A stretch of DNA of 49,651 nucleotides from a virus (IMGVR_UViG_3300025018_000200:1-49651); one strand, 5' to 3'. Shown: positions 36,825-44,798, counted from the stretch's first letter. Notes: generated by a model from the letters alone, not told the origin. Translations and numbers: made by a program.

Positions 36825-37242
36825 GGGTCCTCCGGGGTGGGGAGAAGGCCTCCAGCCACTCTGGGGTGAGGAGGGCGATGTCCAGGCGCCCGAGGCGGTA
36901 GGGGCCGCGTCGGACGAGGTGGTTGAAGCCCATCCGCCAGGCGTTCTGGCCAAGCATCCCAAGCTGGCCCAAGGGGGCCCGCATGGGGGTGTCGTGCCAG
37001 CTGGGGTGGGCGAAGACGATGCTGTCGGCGGTGGCCCGGAACGGGCCGGCGGGGGTCTTGATGGGGCGGTGCGACTCGATGACCAGCGTGTCGGCCTTGA
37101 ACCGCTCGAGGTAGGCGCCGACCACGTCGGTCCCCACGGACCCGACGGCGACCCGGGTGATCTGGCTGTCGTCGATGATCCACAGGGACAGGCCGACCTT
37201 CTGCGCCCCCGGGAAGGCGACCGCTATCCGCTCACGGATCAT
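36814..37242 (-). CDS. Hypothetical protein, possibly a degenerate RuvC/RNase H fold
   Basis: ATG at 37242; IAVAFPG...GLSLW...DTLVIES. Confidence 0.55.
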   Translation of the reverse strand: MIRERIAVAFPGAQKVGLSLWIIDDSQITRVAVGSVGTDVVGAYLERFKADTLVIESHRPIKTPAGPFRATADSIVFAHPSWHDTPMRAPLGQLGMLGQNAWRMGFNHLVRRGPYRLGRLDIALLTPEWLEAFSPPRRTREG

Positions 37243-37615
37243 GGGCCTGCGGCCCGCGCAGGTCGAAGATCCGCTTGAAGGTCGAGATCGCGTACCCGTT
37301 GCGGACCTGGTCGCTGGTGTACCGGACGGTGATGATCCCCTGGAGCAGGGCCTCGACGTCGCGCTCCCGGTCGCTCGTGTAGCCGGCGCCGCTGGTGTGC
37401 CCGCTGCGGGGCATCCAGACACCACCGTCGACCTCGAGCGCGATGCGCTTCTCGGGCCACCAGAAGTCCGCCTGGAACTTACGGCCCCGGATGAAGTATG
37501 CGTTCTGCTGGAAGGGGGCCAGCCCAGCGTCGTGCAGCTGGGAGGCCATGAGCTCTTCCACGACGGTCTTCTTGTTCTTGCGCTTCACAGGCTTGGTTGA
37601 TGCCACGAAGGTCAA
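37232..37615 (-). CDS. Vsr/DUF559-like endonuclease
   Basis: FQADFWWPEKRIALEVDGGVW...GH...DRERD...GIITVRY. Confidence 0.8.
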   Translation of the reverse strand: MTFVASTKPVKRKNKKTVVEELMASQLHDAGLAPFQQNAYFIRGRKFQADFWWPEKRIALEVDGGVWMPRSGHTSGAGYTSDRERDVEALLQGIITVRYTSDQVRNGYAISTFKRIFDLRGPQAHDP

Positions 37616-37627
37616 GCTCCCTCCGCG

Positions 37628-39940
37628 TCACCCCAGGGCGGCCCAGTTGGGGCCGGTCTTGACATCGGCCTCGAAGCGAACGGGCCCGGGGAGGACGCTT
37701 TCCATGACGTCTTTGATGGTGCGGGCGACCTTCTCCTCTTCACCCTCACGCGCTTGCGCGTAGATCGCGTCGTGGAATGGGAACAGGGTCTGGATGCCTC
37801 GAGCCTCCACCTCGGCGAAGGCTGCCAGGTTCATGTCGCTGGACATGCCCTGGTTGGGGGCGTTGATCGCCTCCCGAAGCTGATCCTCGATCATGCGCTC
37901 GTCGAGCGCGGGGTGGATCAGGAAGCGGCGGGTGCGGCCCCAGGGGGTCGTCACGCTGCCGTGCTCGAGCACGCTGGCCTTGACCCGCTCCTGCCACACC
38001 TGGACCCCGTTGTAGCGGGTCCGCAGCGCAGTGAGGATCTTCACAGCCAGCTCCTTGTCGATCTTGAGCTGGTCGCGGATCGCGGCCTCGGTCCCCCCGT
38101 ACAGCCAGGTGAAGGTCCCGCGCTTGGCGATCTCGCGGAGGAAGGCGTGCCCCTCCTGGACGCGCTTCTTCAGGGTCGCGCGGGGCTCAAGCGGGATCCC
38201 TAGCTCGAAGGCGTCGATGGCCAGCGCGGAGTGCGTGTCCAGGCGGGTGTTGTAGTCGTCGACCAGCTGGTGGTCGTTCGTGAGGTAGGCGCCCATCCCT
38301 ACCTCGAGCCCCCGGTAGTCGGCGCCGATCATGACGTAGCCCTCGTCCGGGAGGAACAGCTCACGGAGCCGGACCTGGTACTGCTTGCCCAGGTCGGGGT
38401 TCGTCAGGTCGTCGGCGCGAGGGATCAGGGTGATCAGGGGCTCAGTGACGCGCCCCGTCTCGGTGCCGGCCAGCTTGAACTGGGCGTGGTAACGCCCGTC
38501 CCGCTCGCTAACGGCGAGGATGTTACGAACATAGGTCCCGCCGGCTTTTGTCAGGTGTCTGTATTCGAGAATGTCCCGAATGACAGAGTGCTGCTGCGCA
38601 AACGGCTCGATGATCGAACTGCTGGTGCTGACCTTGCCCTTCAGCTTCGGCAACCGTAGTTGCATGCGGTTGACGAGCAGCTCCTGGACCTGGACGGGGC
38701 TGTTGGCGTTCTCGAGCCCGTAGACGTCGGCCAGGTAGATCTGCTTGTCGTGCAGGGCCTTCTGGATGTCGCGCTCGAACTCGAGCGCCTTCTCGCGGTC
38801 GATGCGGATCCCGCGCAGTGAGCTGCGGGTGATCGCGTTCTGGGCGCGGTGGATGACCTTGTGGACGTAGCGGCCCTCGACCTTGGGGCGGAAGTGGTTG
38901 GCGAGCCGGAGCGTGAGGTCCGTGTCGCGTGCCCCGTAGCGGCCCAGGGTCTGGAGGTCGTTGCCCTCCATGTCGTCGTAGTTGACCGTGTCGCCCCACT
39001 TCTCGACCCCCAGGTACCGCTGGGCCATGAGCTCCATCGAGTGCGAGCCCGGGGTCTCGTCGATCAGGGAGTGCATCAGCATCACGTCCTCGTGGATCTG
39101 GACGTGGACGCCGTTCACGGCGAGGAAGGTGACGTCGAAGGTGCCGTTCTGGAAGATCAGGTGCCGGCCCCCGAGGAGCGCGGCCCACTCGGCCGGCTCG
39201 AACAGGGTCCACGGGAAGGCGTACCCGACGCCCTCCTCCCAGCTGATCTGCAGGGTCAGGATCCGGTCGGACCAGGGGTCCAGGCCGGTGGTCTCGATGT
39301 CCAGGGCCACCGGATTCGCCACGCGAGCGAAGATGCTCCGAGCCTGGAGCTTGTTCTGGACGACGTAGTAGCGTTCGTAGCTTGGCGGCGCGACGGGCGG
39401 GGCGGTGGTGGGGCTGATCAGCTCGTCGACCCCGCGCAGGAACTCCTGGAAGATGGCGGGGTTGGCGACCACGGCGGCCGGCGCGTGGGTGACGCGGAAC
39501 CGGGCCCCGTCGATCTCGAACGTGCGGCCGACGATCTCGTCGAACCGCTTGAAGGGGTAGCTGAAGAGGGGGCAGAAGCGTGCGGCGTCGGCCCCCATCA
39601 GGAGGTACTTCGTCGCCGGTACCCGCCGGAGCTCCTCAGCTACCACGGGCGCGGCCAGACGCACGTCCTTCGCGTTGGCCTTCGCTCCCCCTCGGAAGAA
39701 GGGGAAGACCGTGGTGTAGTAGGCCTTGATGCCCTGCTGCATGAAGTGGCGGCGGATCGGGATGCCGTCCTTCCCCAGGAAGGGCTTGAAGTTCTGCATG
39801 TCCCAGCCGCTGGGCTGGTACTTGACCACGACGATGTCGGGGTTGTCGTCCCCGTCTCCGAGCAGGGCCCGGGCGTCGGTGAAGAGCTCCTGGTTGGGGA
39901 GGAAGCTGCGGAGCTCCTTGGCGTCCTGGAAGGCCCTCAT
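37628..39940 (-). CDS. polA: Family A DNA polymerase with an N-terminal UDG-like domain and a 3'-5' exonuclease
   Basis: Exo I LDIETTG, Exo II QNGTFD, Exo III YGARD, TETGR, motif A ADYRGLE, motif B REIAKRGTFTWLYG, motif C HDA. Confidence 0.92.
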   Translation of the reverse strand: MRAFQDAKELRSFLPNQELFTDARALLGDGDDNPDIVVVKYQPSGWDMQNFKPFLGKDGIPIRRHFMQQGIKAYYTTVFPFFRGGAKANAKDVRLAAPVVAEELRRVPATKYLLMGADAARFCPLFSYPFKRFDEIVGRTFEIDGARFRVTHAPAAVVANPAIFQEFLRGVDELISPTTAPPVAPPSYERYYVVQNKLQARSIFARVANPVALDIETTGLDPWSDRILTLQISWEEGVGYAFPWTLFEPAEWAALLGGRHLIFQNGTFDVTFLAVNGVHVQIHEDVMLMHSLIDETPGSHSMELMAQRYLGVEKWGDTVNYDDMEGNDLQTLGRYGARDTDLTLRLANHFRPKVEGRYVHKVIHRAQNAITRSSLRGIRIDREKALEFERDIQKALHDKQIYLADVYGLENANSPVQVQELLVNRMQLRLPKLKGKVSTSSSIIEPFAQQHSVIRDILEYRHLTKAGGTYVRNILAVSERDGRYHAQFKLAGTETGRVTEPLITLIPRADDLTNPDLGKQYQVRLRELFLPDEGYVMIGADYRGLEVGMGAYLTNDHQLVDDYNTRLDTHSALAIDAFELGIPLEPRATLKKRVQEGHAFLREIAKRGTFTWLYGGTEAAIRDQLKIDKELAVKILTALRTRYNGVQVWQERVKASVLEHGSVTTPWGRTRRFLIHPALDERMIEDQLREAINAPNQGMSSDMNLAAFAEVEARGIQTLFPFHDAIYAQAREGEEEKVARTIKDVMESVLPGPVRFEADVKTGPNWAALG

Positions 39941-39957
39941 GGGGGTCCTTTCTCCGC

Positions 39958-40005
39958 TGTTGCGTTTCTACGGCAGTTGTGCTCAAGTGCCGTGGGAGTG
40001 CAACA
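39958..40005. promoter_or_regulatory. Long imperfect hairpin between the primase-helicase and polymerase genes
   Basis: Nested arms TGTTGC/GCAACA, ACGGCA/TGCCGT and TTG/CAA just upstream of the polymerase RBS. Confidence 0.55.
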
Positions 40006-40010
40006 CGCGA

Positions 40011-41741
40011 TCAGTTGACGGCGTCCATCCGCACCCGCATCGTGGGGTTGGCGGCGAAGAACTGGGCCTTGTCGTGCGTGAAGCTGCCGTTGGGCAGGCG
40101 GTGCAGGTCGAGCGGGTCCCGGTCGGGGGCCGCGCGGAAGATGAACTTGACCCGCGTGTGCTGCCCGCTGGGGTCGGTCTTGTAGTGCAGGGCGAGCGCG
40201 TCCGCTGTGGCGAACCAGGCCCCCGAGCCCCGGATGTCGTTGAAGGTCGGGATGTGGGCGTTGCCCTTGGAGTCGTTCCCGACCTTGCGCGTGTGGTGGA
40301 CGAGGATTACGGCCTTGCCCTTCGAGCGCAGGTGGTCGAAGACGCTGATGACCTCGTTGACGTTGTGGCTGCTCTTCTCGTCGTTCTGGTGGAAGACGGA
40401 GATCGGGTCGACGATCACGACGTCGTAGGGGTCCGCGAGGTCGGTGAGGATCTCGGGGTTCCGCACGAGGTTGATCGGCTCGTCCGGCTTTGCAGTCATG
40501 GCAAACCGGCGGGGGTCCTGGATGGACTGGATCCCGAACATGCCCTTCGCGCGGCTGTAGACCATCCCCTTCGACAGCTCGCCCTGGAAGTACAGGACCC
40601 GTCGCGGGGTGGGGTCGGTGTCGAAGTCCCAGAGCCGCTGCCCGGTGGCGAGCGCGTACCCGATCTGCATCGCGGCGAAGCTCTTGCCGGTCTTGGGGTC
40701 GGCGGCCCAGAGCGTGAGGAGGCCCGGCCCGACGAGCCCGTGGACCCAGAACTCCTGCTCCTTGAGGTCGTCGGTGAAGTCGATGACCTCGATCTTGCGC
40801 TTGGGCGGGGTGACGATGCGGAACTTGAAGCTGTCCCGGACCTTGGGCCGGATCCCCAGCTCCTCGAGCGCCCGCATGCCGGCCACGGTGGACCAGATCC
40901 GCGCGTAGGTGTCCTTGACGGCGCGCACCAGGAGCTCGTCCGGCTCGTAGCCGGCTTCCCGGTGGATGCTGACGATCTCCTCGAGCGCGGAGGCCTCGTC
41001 GTAGTACAGGTTCTTGCGGAGGTAGCCGGCCACCGCGAGGACCATCTTGTGCTTGATGCCGTCCAGCCAGTTGGCGAGGAAGAGCTCCCTGTCCTCCTGG
41101 CTCAGGGGCGTCATCTGGGCGGGTTTCGCACCCGTTGCGACGACCTCGGTCACTTCCGCCTGGGGGAAGACCTGCAGGTCGTAGACTCTCTCCGGCGCGT
41201 GCTCTGCGATGTAGCAGGCGTGCGGATGGGCCGGGTCCTTCGCGTTGATGGTCCCGGGGACGCGCATGATGCGCGATGAGTCGTGCGTGGCGTCCGTGGG
41301 GAGCGCCTGGTGGAGGCCCTTCGCGTGCGGGCGGACCTCGTCGGGGGTGTAGTCGCGGTCGAGCGCCCAGTAGCCGTGGACGCCGTTCCCGCTCCAGACG
41401 AGCATCGTGGCCGGCGGCAGGCCGGCGGAGAGGATGTGGGCGCGTGCGACGTCGACGCTCTTGACGGAGGCGCTGAAGTCGGCCCACAGGGCCCGGTGGA
41501 GGACCGGACTGCTGTCGTCCACACGCGGCCGGGGGGCGACGCCGATCCAGATGTGGCGCCCGTGGCTGGTGTGGGTGGGGACGTGGATGTTGACGAAGTC
41601 CTCGAGCTTCCCGAAGGGGAGCCAGATCTGCTTCGCGCCGCGCTCCTCGTTCGTCTTGACGCGAACCTCGAAGGTGTCGCCTGGGCGGAAGAGCATCTTC
41701 ATCCAGGCTCGGGTGTCGTCGGGTCGCAGTTGGTCTGTCAC
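40011..41741 (-). CDS. Primase-helicase (RepB-like AEP primase plus AAA_25/RecA-family helicase)
   Basis: WADF, WSGNGVHGYW, DSSRIMRVPGT; Walker A ADPKTGKS, YFQGE, VIVDPI, LVHHTRK, RGSGAW. Confidence 0.88.
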   Translation of the reverse strand: MTDQLRPDDTRAWMKMLFRPGDTFEVRVKTNEERGAKQIWLPFGKLEDFVNIHVPTHTSHGRHIWIGVAPRPRVDDSSPVLHRALWADFSASVKSVDVARAHILSAGLPPATMLVWSGNGVHGYWALDRDYTPDEVRPHAKGLHQALPTDATHDSSRIMRVPGTINAKDPAHPHACYIAEHAPERVYDLQVFPQAEVTEVVATGAKPAQMTPLSQEDRELFLANWLDGIKHKMVLAVAGYLRKNLYYDEASALEEIVSIHREAGYEPDELLVRAVKDTYARIWSTVAGMRALEELGIRPKVRDSFKFRIVTPPKRKIEVIDFTDDLKEQEFWVHGLVGPGLLTLWAADPKTGKSFAAMQIGYALATGQRLWDFDTDPTPRRVLYFQGELSKGMVYSRAKGMFGIQSIQDPRRFAMTAKPDEPINLVRNPEILTDLADPYDVVIVDPISVFHQNDEKSSHNVNEVISVFDHLRSKGKAVILVHHTRKVGNDSKGNAHIPTFNDIRGSGAWFATADALALHYKTDPSGQHTRVKFIFRAAPDRDPLDLHRLPNGSFTHDKAQFFAANPTMRVRMDAVN

Positions 41742-41760
41742 AGCCTCCTCTTTCTGGGCT

Positions 41761-41834
41761 TGGTTGGCCCCCAGGGACTTGAACCCCGACCTCGCGGTTC
41801 AGAGCCGCGCGTCCTGCCGTTGGACTAGGGGCCA
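41761..41834 (-). tRNA. tRNA-Gln, anticodon CTG, CCA encoded
   Basis: TGGCCCC-TA-GTCC AACGGCA GGAC-G-CGCGG CT CTG AA CCGCG-AGGT-CGGGG TTCAAGT CCCTG-GGGGCCA-A-CCA; U1-A72 pair typical of tRNA-Gln. Confidence 0.93.
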
Positions 41835-41928
41835 GAGAGCGACCCCCCGGGGTTGGCCCCCCAGGGGATCACCGCAGCTGCTTTCCCCCTCGAGGGGGGA
41901 CGCCGGGGATCCAACCGGCGACCCCTAT

Positions 41929-41958
41929 ACCCTATCACGGTTGAGGGGGGCGTGTCAA
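41929..41958 (-). promoter_or_regulatory. Sigma70-type promoter for the tRNA and replication genes
   Basis: TTGACA-18 nt-TAGGGT with a TG extension. Confidence 0.72.
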
Positions 41959-41961
41959 GCC

Positions 41962-42186
41962 CTAGTCCCGCGCGAAGGGGGAGCTTGACTCGAGGTTCTG
42001 GGGCGCCTGGGGGTAGCCTCGGTAGCCGGCGAAGGGCAGATCGCGGCACAGGGACACGATCTTGGCCTTCGAGGTCCCGAAGACGCCGGCCAGCTTGGCC
42101 ACGGTCCAGTTCTGGGTTGAGCCCCGGAGCGAGTAGAGGCGCCGGATCTCGGCGATCTGGGCGTCAGTCAGCTTGCTTCTGGGCAT
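41962..42186 (-). CDS. HTH DNA-binding protein
   Basis: SKLTDAQIAEIRRLY...TVAKLAGVFGTSKAKI. Confidence 0.7.
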   Translation of the reverse strand: MPRSKLTDAQIAEIRRLYSLRGSTQNWTVAKLAGVFGTSKAKIVSLCRDLPFAGYRGYPQAPQNLESSSPFARD

Positions 42187-42745
42187 GGCGCTCTTTCTGG
42201 CCGGCTCGGTAGCAGGCCTTGCACTGGTGGCGGTAGGGGTCCTTGAGGGTCGGGTAGGCGGCGCGGTAGTAGGCGTCCGGGGGGAGCATCTCGCCGCACA
42301 CGGAGCAGGCCTTGAGGAAGGATCCGTCGGGCTGCTCCTGCCAGCGGGGCGCCAGACGCAGCCGGACGTTCGCCGCGTGCTCCAGGTTCGGCGTCCCGGG
42401 CAGAATCACCCACCCGTGGGCCCTCACGAAGACCCCGGTGCCCGTCGCGGCGAGGAACGGGGCCTGCTCGAGCACCTGGTGGGCCCTTGGATTGGGTCCG
42501 TCGACCAGAAGCACCTTCGCTGGGGTCTCATCGGTCACCAACTTCGTGATCTGGGACTCCGTGGGGGCGTTTCGGACGGTCTTGATGGCCAGGACGGGCT
42601 CGTCGGCGTCCCGGAAGACCTCGAAGTCCCAGAATCCGTAGGTCAAGCGGGCCGAGTAGCCCCTCTCGTGCAGGAAGTTCACGAACTCGATGATCAGCGG
42701 GCGGTCGATCCGGGGTGCGAACGCCTCCAAGTCGTCTCTGAGCAT
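42164..42745 (-). CDS. Hypothetical protein with a C-terminal zinc finger
   Basis: KACSVCGE...CKAC; N-terminal alpha/beta region; GAGAGGAG RBS. Confidence 0.7.
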   Translation of the reverse strand: MLRDDLEAFAPRIDRPLIIEFVNFLHERGYSARLTYGFWDFEVFRDADEPVLAIKTVRNAPTESQITKLVTDETPAKVLLVDGPNPRAHQVLEQAPFLAATGTGVFVRAHGWVILPGTPNLEHAANVRLRLAPRWQEQPDGSFLKACSVCGEMLPPDAYYRAAYPTLKDPYRHQCKACYRAGQKERHAQKQAD

Positions 42746-42788
42746 GGGTTTCTCCTCTCTGGAGGCGTTCTCGCCCCCGTCTCCCTCT

Positions 42789-42818
42789 ATTCTGGCACAC
42801 TCGAGGGCCTGTTGTCAA
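42789..42818 (-). promoter_or_regulatory. Leftward sigma70-type promoter
   Basis: TTGACA-18 nt-CAGAAT with a TG extension, upstream of the first gene of the - arm. Confidence 0.65.
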
Positions 42819-42938
42819 GGGGGTGGGTGTCACGGGGGCCCCCGAAGGTGCGGAATCCGACACTCAGGGGCCCAAAGTGGCACTTTTCTGGGGTTTTTTC
42901 CGTCCAGGACAGCGTTTCCACCTTCCAGAAAGCGGGAC

Positions 42939-42968
42939 TTGACGAGAAGCACCCCCGTGGTGTAGACT
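42939..42968 (+). promoter_or_regulatory. Rightward sigma70-type promoter firing into the low-GC non-coding region
   Basis: TTGACG-18 nt-TAGACT. Confidence 0.55.
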
Positions 42969-42969
42969 G

Positions 42970-43370
42970 AAAGACCTTGATTGTAGAGTTCTTACCCCTC
43001 CCTAAGACTTACACAGGGATCAAGTACGAACGTCAGAGGATGGACAGGTAGTAGGAGTACGACTTTCGAGGGGTATTCTATCGAGGTGACTTCTCTTCAG
43101 GTGGGTGGGTGCTGAGTTTCGGGTGGGGGTTTCGCTGTATAGACCTACAGACAGTAGGGGATTAGAGTTTGCGTGGTGGACGGGGTTGTTGAGGGGAAGG
43201 TGTATAAGTTGTGAGGAACAGAACAACGAGTTATAGCGTGTGGGACGGTGATCCTAGCCTTGGATGGTAGTGGGTATGCAGGAGGAGATAGAGCGTCTGG
43301 GAGGGAGGAACTGGATATACGTTCGTGGAGGTACCTAATACATGCAACCATCCGATCCTTGAGCTGTACA
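42970..43370. other. Low-GC, G-skewed non-coding region (candidate origin or packaging/terminus region)
   Basis: Two hand-counted 60-nt lines are 43% and 47% GC against about 70% elsewhere; no credible ORF; lies between the divergent arms. Confidence 0.55.
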
Positions 43371-43469
43371 CCTACCAGGGGGGCTGTCGAGCCTTGCGAT
43401 CCCCCACCCCGGTCCTTGGCTTCCGAACGCACCTGGTACTGTCGGTCCTGGGGCTGATCCCCTGACCCC

Positions 43470-43635
43470 TCGACGTGTCGATCCGGTCGACGTGACGACG
43501 TGACGTGTCGACGCCCCTGCCCCCACGTCGACGTGGTGCCACCTCGGTGTGGTGGCCGGGCGCCTCGACTCGACTCGAGCGACGCTGTGAGAGGAGCGCG
43601 TCCTGGACGGCGTTCGCTCGACGCGGCGACGTGGC
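43470..43635. repeat. Cluster of GACGTG/TCGAC short repeats with a 14-bp palindrome
   Basis: GACGTG at 43472, 43489, 43497, 43502, 43530 and 43628; CCACGTCGACGTGG at 43523-43536; CTCGA three times in tandem from 43564. Confidence 0.65.
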
Positions 43636-43746
43636 CGCAACCCGGCTACTACAGGTGGCCCTGCCGGTCGGGCGCCGGACGCGCTCCGGTCAGGCGCCAT
43701 GCGAGGGGCCCTTCAGGCCGTCCAGCACGACATCGGAGGAGGGGGG

Positions 43747-43775
43747 TTGACAAGTCAGGCCCCATGCCCCATACT
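43747..43775 (+). promoter_or_regulatory. Major early promoter
   Basis: TTGACA-17 nt-CATACT. Confidence 0.75.
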
Positions 43776-43781
43776 TTCCTC

Positions 43782-44070
43782 ACGCCCCGCTGAGGGGCAG
43801 ACCGAGGAATCGACCTCGGGGGCTTACGAGCCCGGAAGAGGAGCCCACGCTCCGAGTCGCCGTCAAGCAGCCCGCCCCAGGCGTCGCATCTGGGGCTCCG
43901 ACGGGCGAGGGAGGCTGAGGACGAACACCTGACCGACCGACAGCCGCTCCGACCGGTGACGACACCCCGGTTCCGTACGCCGTGGGGCGAGCCGCTGCAA
44001 CGGGGTCAGGACCTGCTGGGCTTCAAGGCCCAGCGTCGGCGGTAGAGCCCCAGGCTCCTGTCGACCGCAC
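43782..44070 (+). ncRNA. Candidate structured leader/ncRNA
   Basis: About ten consecutive hairpins between the promoter and the first ATG (44171); no credible ORF. Confidence 0.45.
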
Positions 44071-44073
44071 CAC

Positions 44074-44163
44074 GATCACCCCGGCCGGACCCCGCGTCAG
44101 CGACCCGGCCGGTATCTTGCCGCCGCTCCAACGGCGCACCGCTGCCAATCGGCAGCAGGAAGG
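44074..44163 (+). promoter_or_regulatory. Triple-hairpin element, copy 1
   Basis: CCGGCCGG...CCGGCCGG-TATCTTGC-CGCCG ctccaa CGGCG-CACC-GCTGCC aatc GGCAGC-AGGAAGG; ATG at 44171. Confidence 0.75.
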
Positions 44164-44170
44164 CTCCACC

Positions 44171-44482
44171 ATGAGCACCACGACCGCCCGCATCTTCGCC
44201 GAGAACACCGCCTGCCGCCCCGCCCACCACGGCCCGTACACCGTCGCCTCCAGCTACGAGGGCCGCGTCGACCTGTCGCTGCACCTCGGCACCGCCGACA
44301 TCCGCGCGGATCGCTTCGAGACGTTCGCCGTCGTCAAGATGGAGACCCCCTGGACGGCGGACCACGGCGCCCAGGTGGCAATCTTCGTCGACGGGACCGA
44401 GCCCGACTCGCTTGAGGCCGCCGTCGCCCTGCGGGACGCCCTGAACGTCGCCATCCGGCACGCCCGGAAGGTGCCCCGCTAA
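44171..44482 (+). CDS. Early hypothetical protein (MSTTTARIF...)
   Basis: ATG after element copy 1; GC3-rich. Confidence 0.7.
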   Translation: MSTTTARIFAENTACRPAHHGPYTVASSYEGRVDLSLHLGTADIRADRFETFAVVKMETPWTADHGAQVAIFVDGTEPDSLEAAVALRDALNVAIRHARKVPR

Positions 44483-44640
44483 TGCCCGGCTACCAGTCCG
44501 ACCGGGCCCGGCAGCACGCCGAGGGACGCGCTGAGCAGACCCGCCTGGTCTCCGAGGCGGTCGCCGCCATGCGCCCCCTGAAGCGCCGGGTCACCTGGCG
44601 CTGGAACGAGGTCACGATGCGTTACGAGGAGGTCCGCTAA
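44482..44640 (+). CDS. Small early protein (MPGYQSDRAR..., 52 aa)
   Basis: TAATG coupling at both ends. Confidence 0.55.
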   Translation: MPGYQSDRARQHAEGRAEQTRLVSEAVAAMRPLKRRVTWRWNEVTMRYEEVR

Positions 44641-44798
44641 TGCGCCTGCGCTGGATGCGCTGGTACGACGGGTCCTGGACCTGCGCGGCGACGTGGCGCG
44701 GGATTACCTGCCACGGGTCCTCGGTCTCGCGCCGGGTGGCCACGCTCGACGCCGTCCAGAACTGCTACTCTGAGGCCCGCCGGATGGGGCTGAACTGA
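44640..44798 (+). CDS. Small early protein (MRLRWMRWYDG..., 52 aa)
   Basis: TAATG coupling; GGAGG RBS; its stop lies inside the AACTGATCGAC of element copy 2. Confidence 0.55.
   Translation: MRLRWMRWYDGSWTCAATWRGITCHGSSVSRRVATLDAVQNCYSEARRMGLN

Noticed and set aside
37628-39940. Polymerase as DpoZ of a 2-aminoadenine genome
   Set aside because: No purZ, datZ or mazZ-like gene is recognisable.
41851-41866. Near-copy of the tRNA 3' end (GGTTGGCCCCCCAGGG) as an attP site or second tRNA
   Set aside because: No integrase is present, the match is short and low-complexity, and the region does not fold as a cloverleaf.
43915-43921. CTGAGGA as a hammerhead ribozyme core
   Set aside because: There is no stem II followed by GAAA in the required arrangement.
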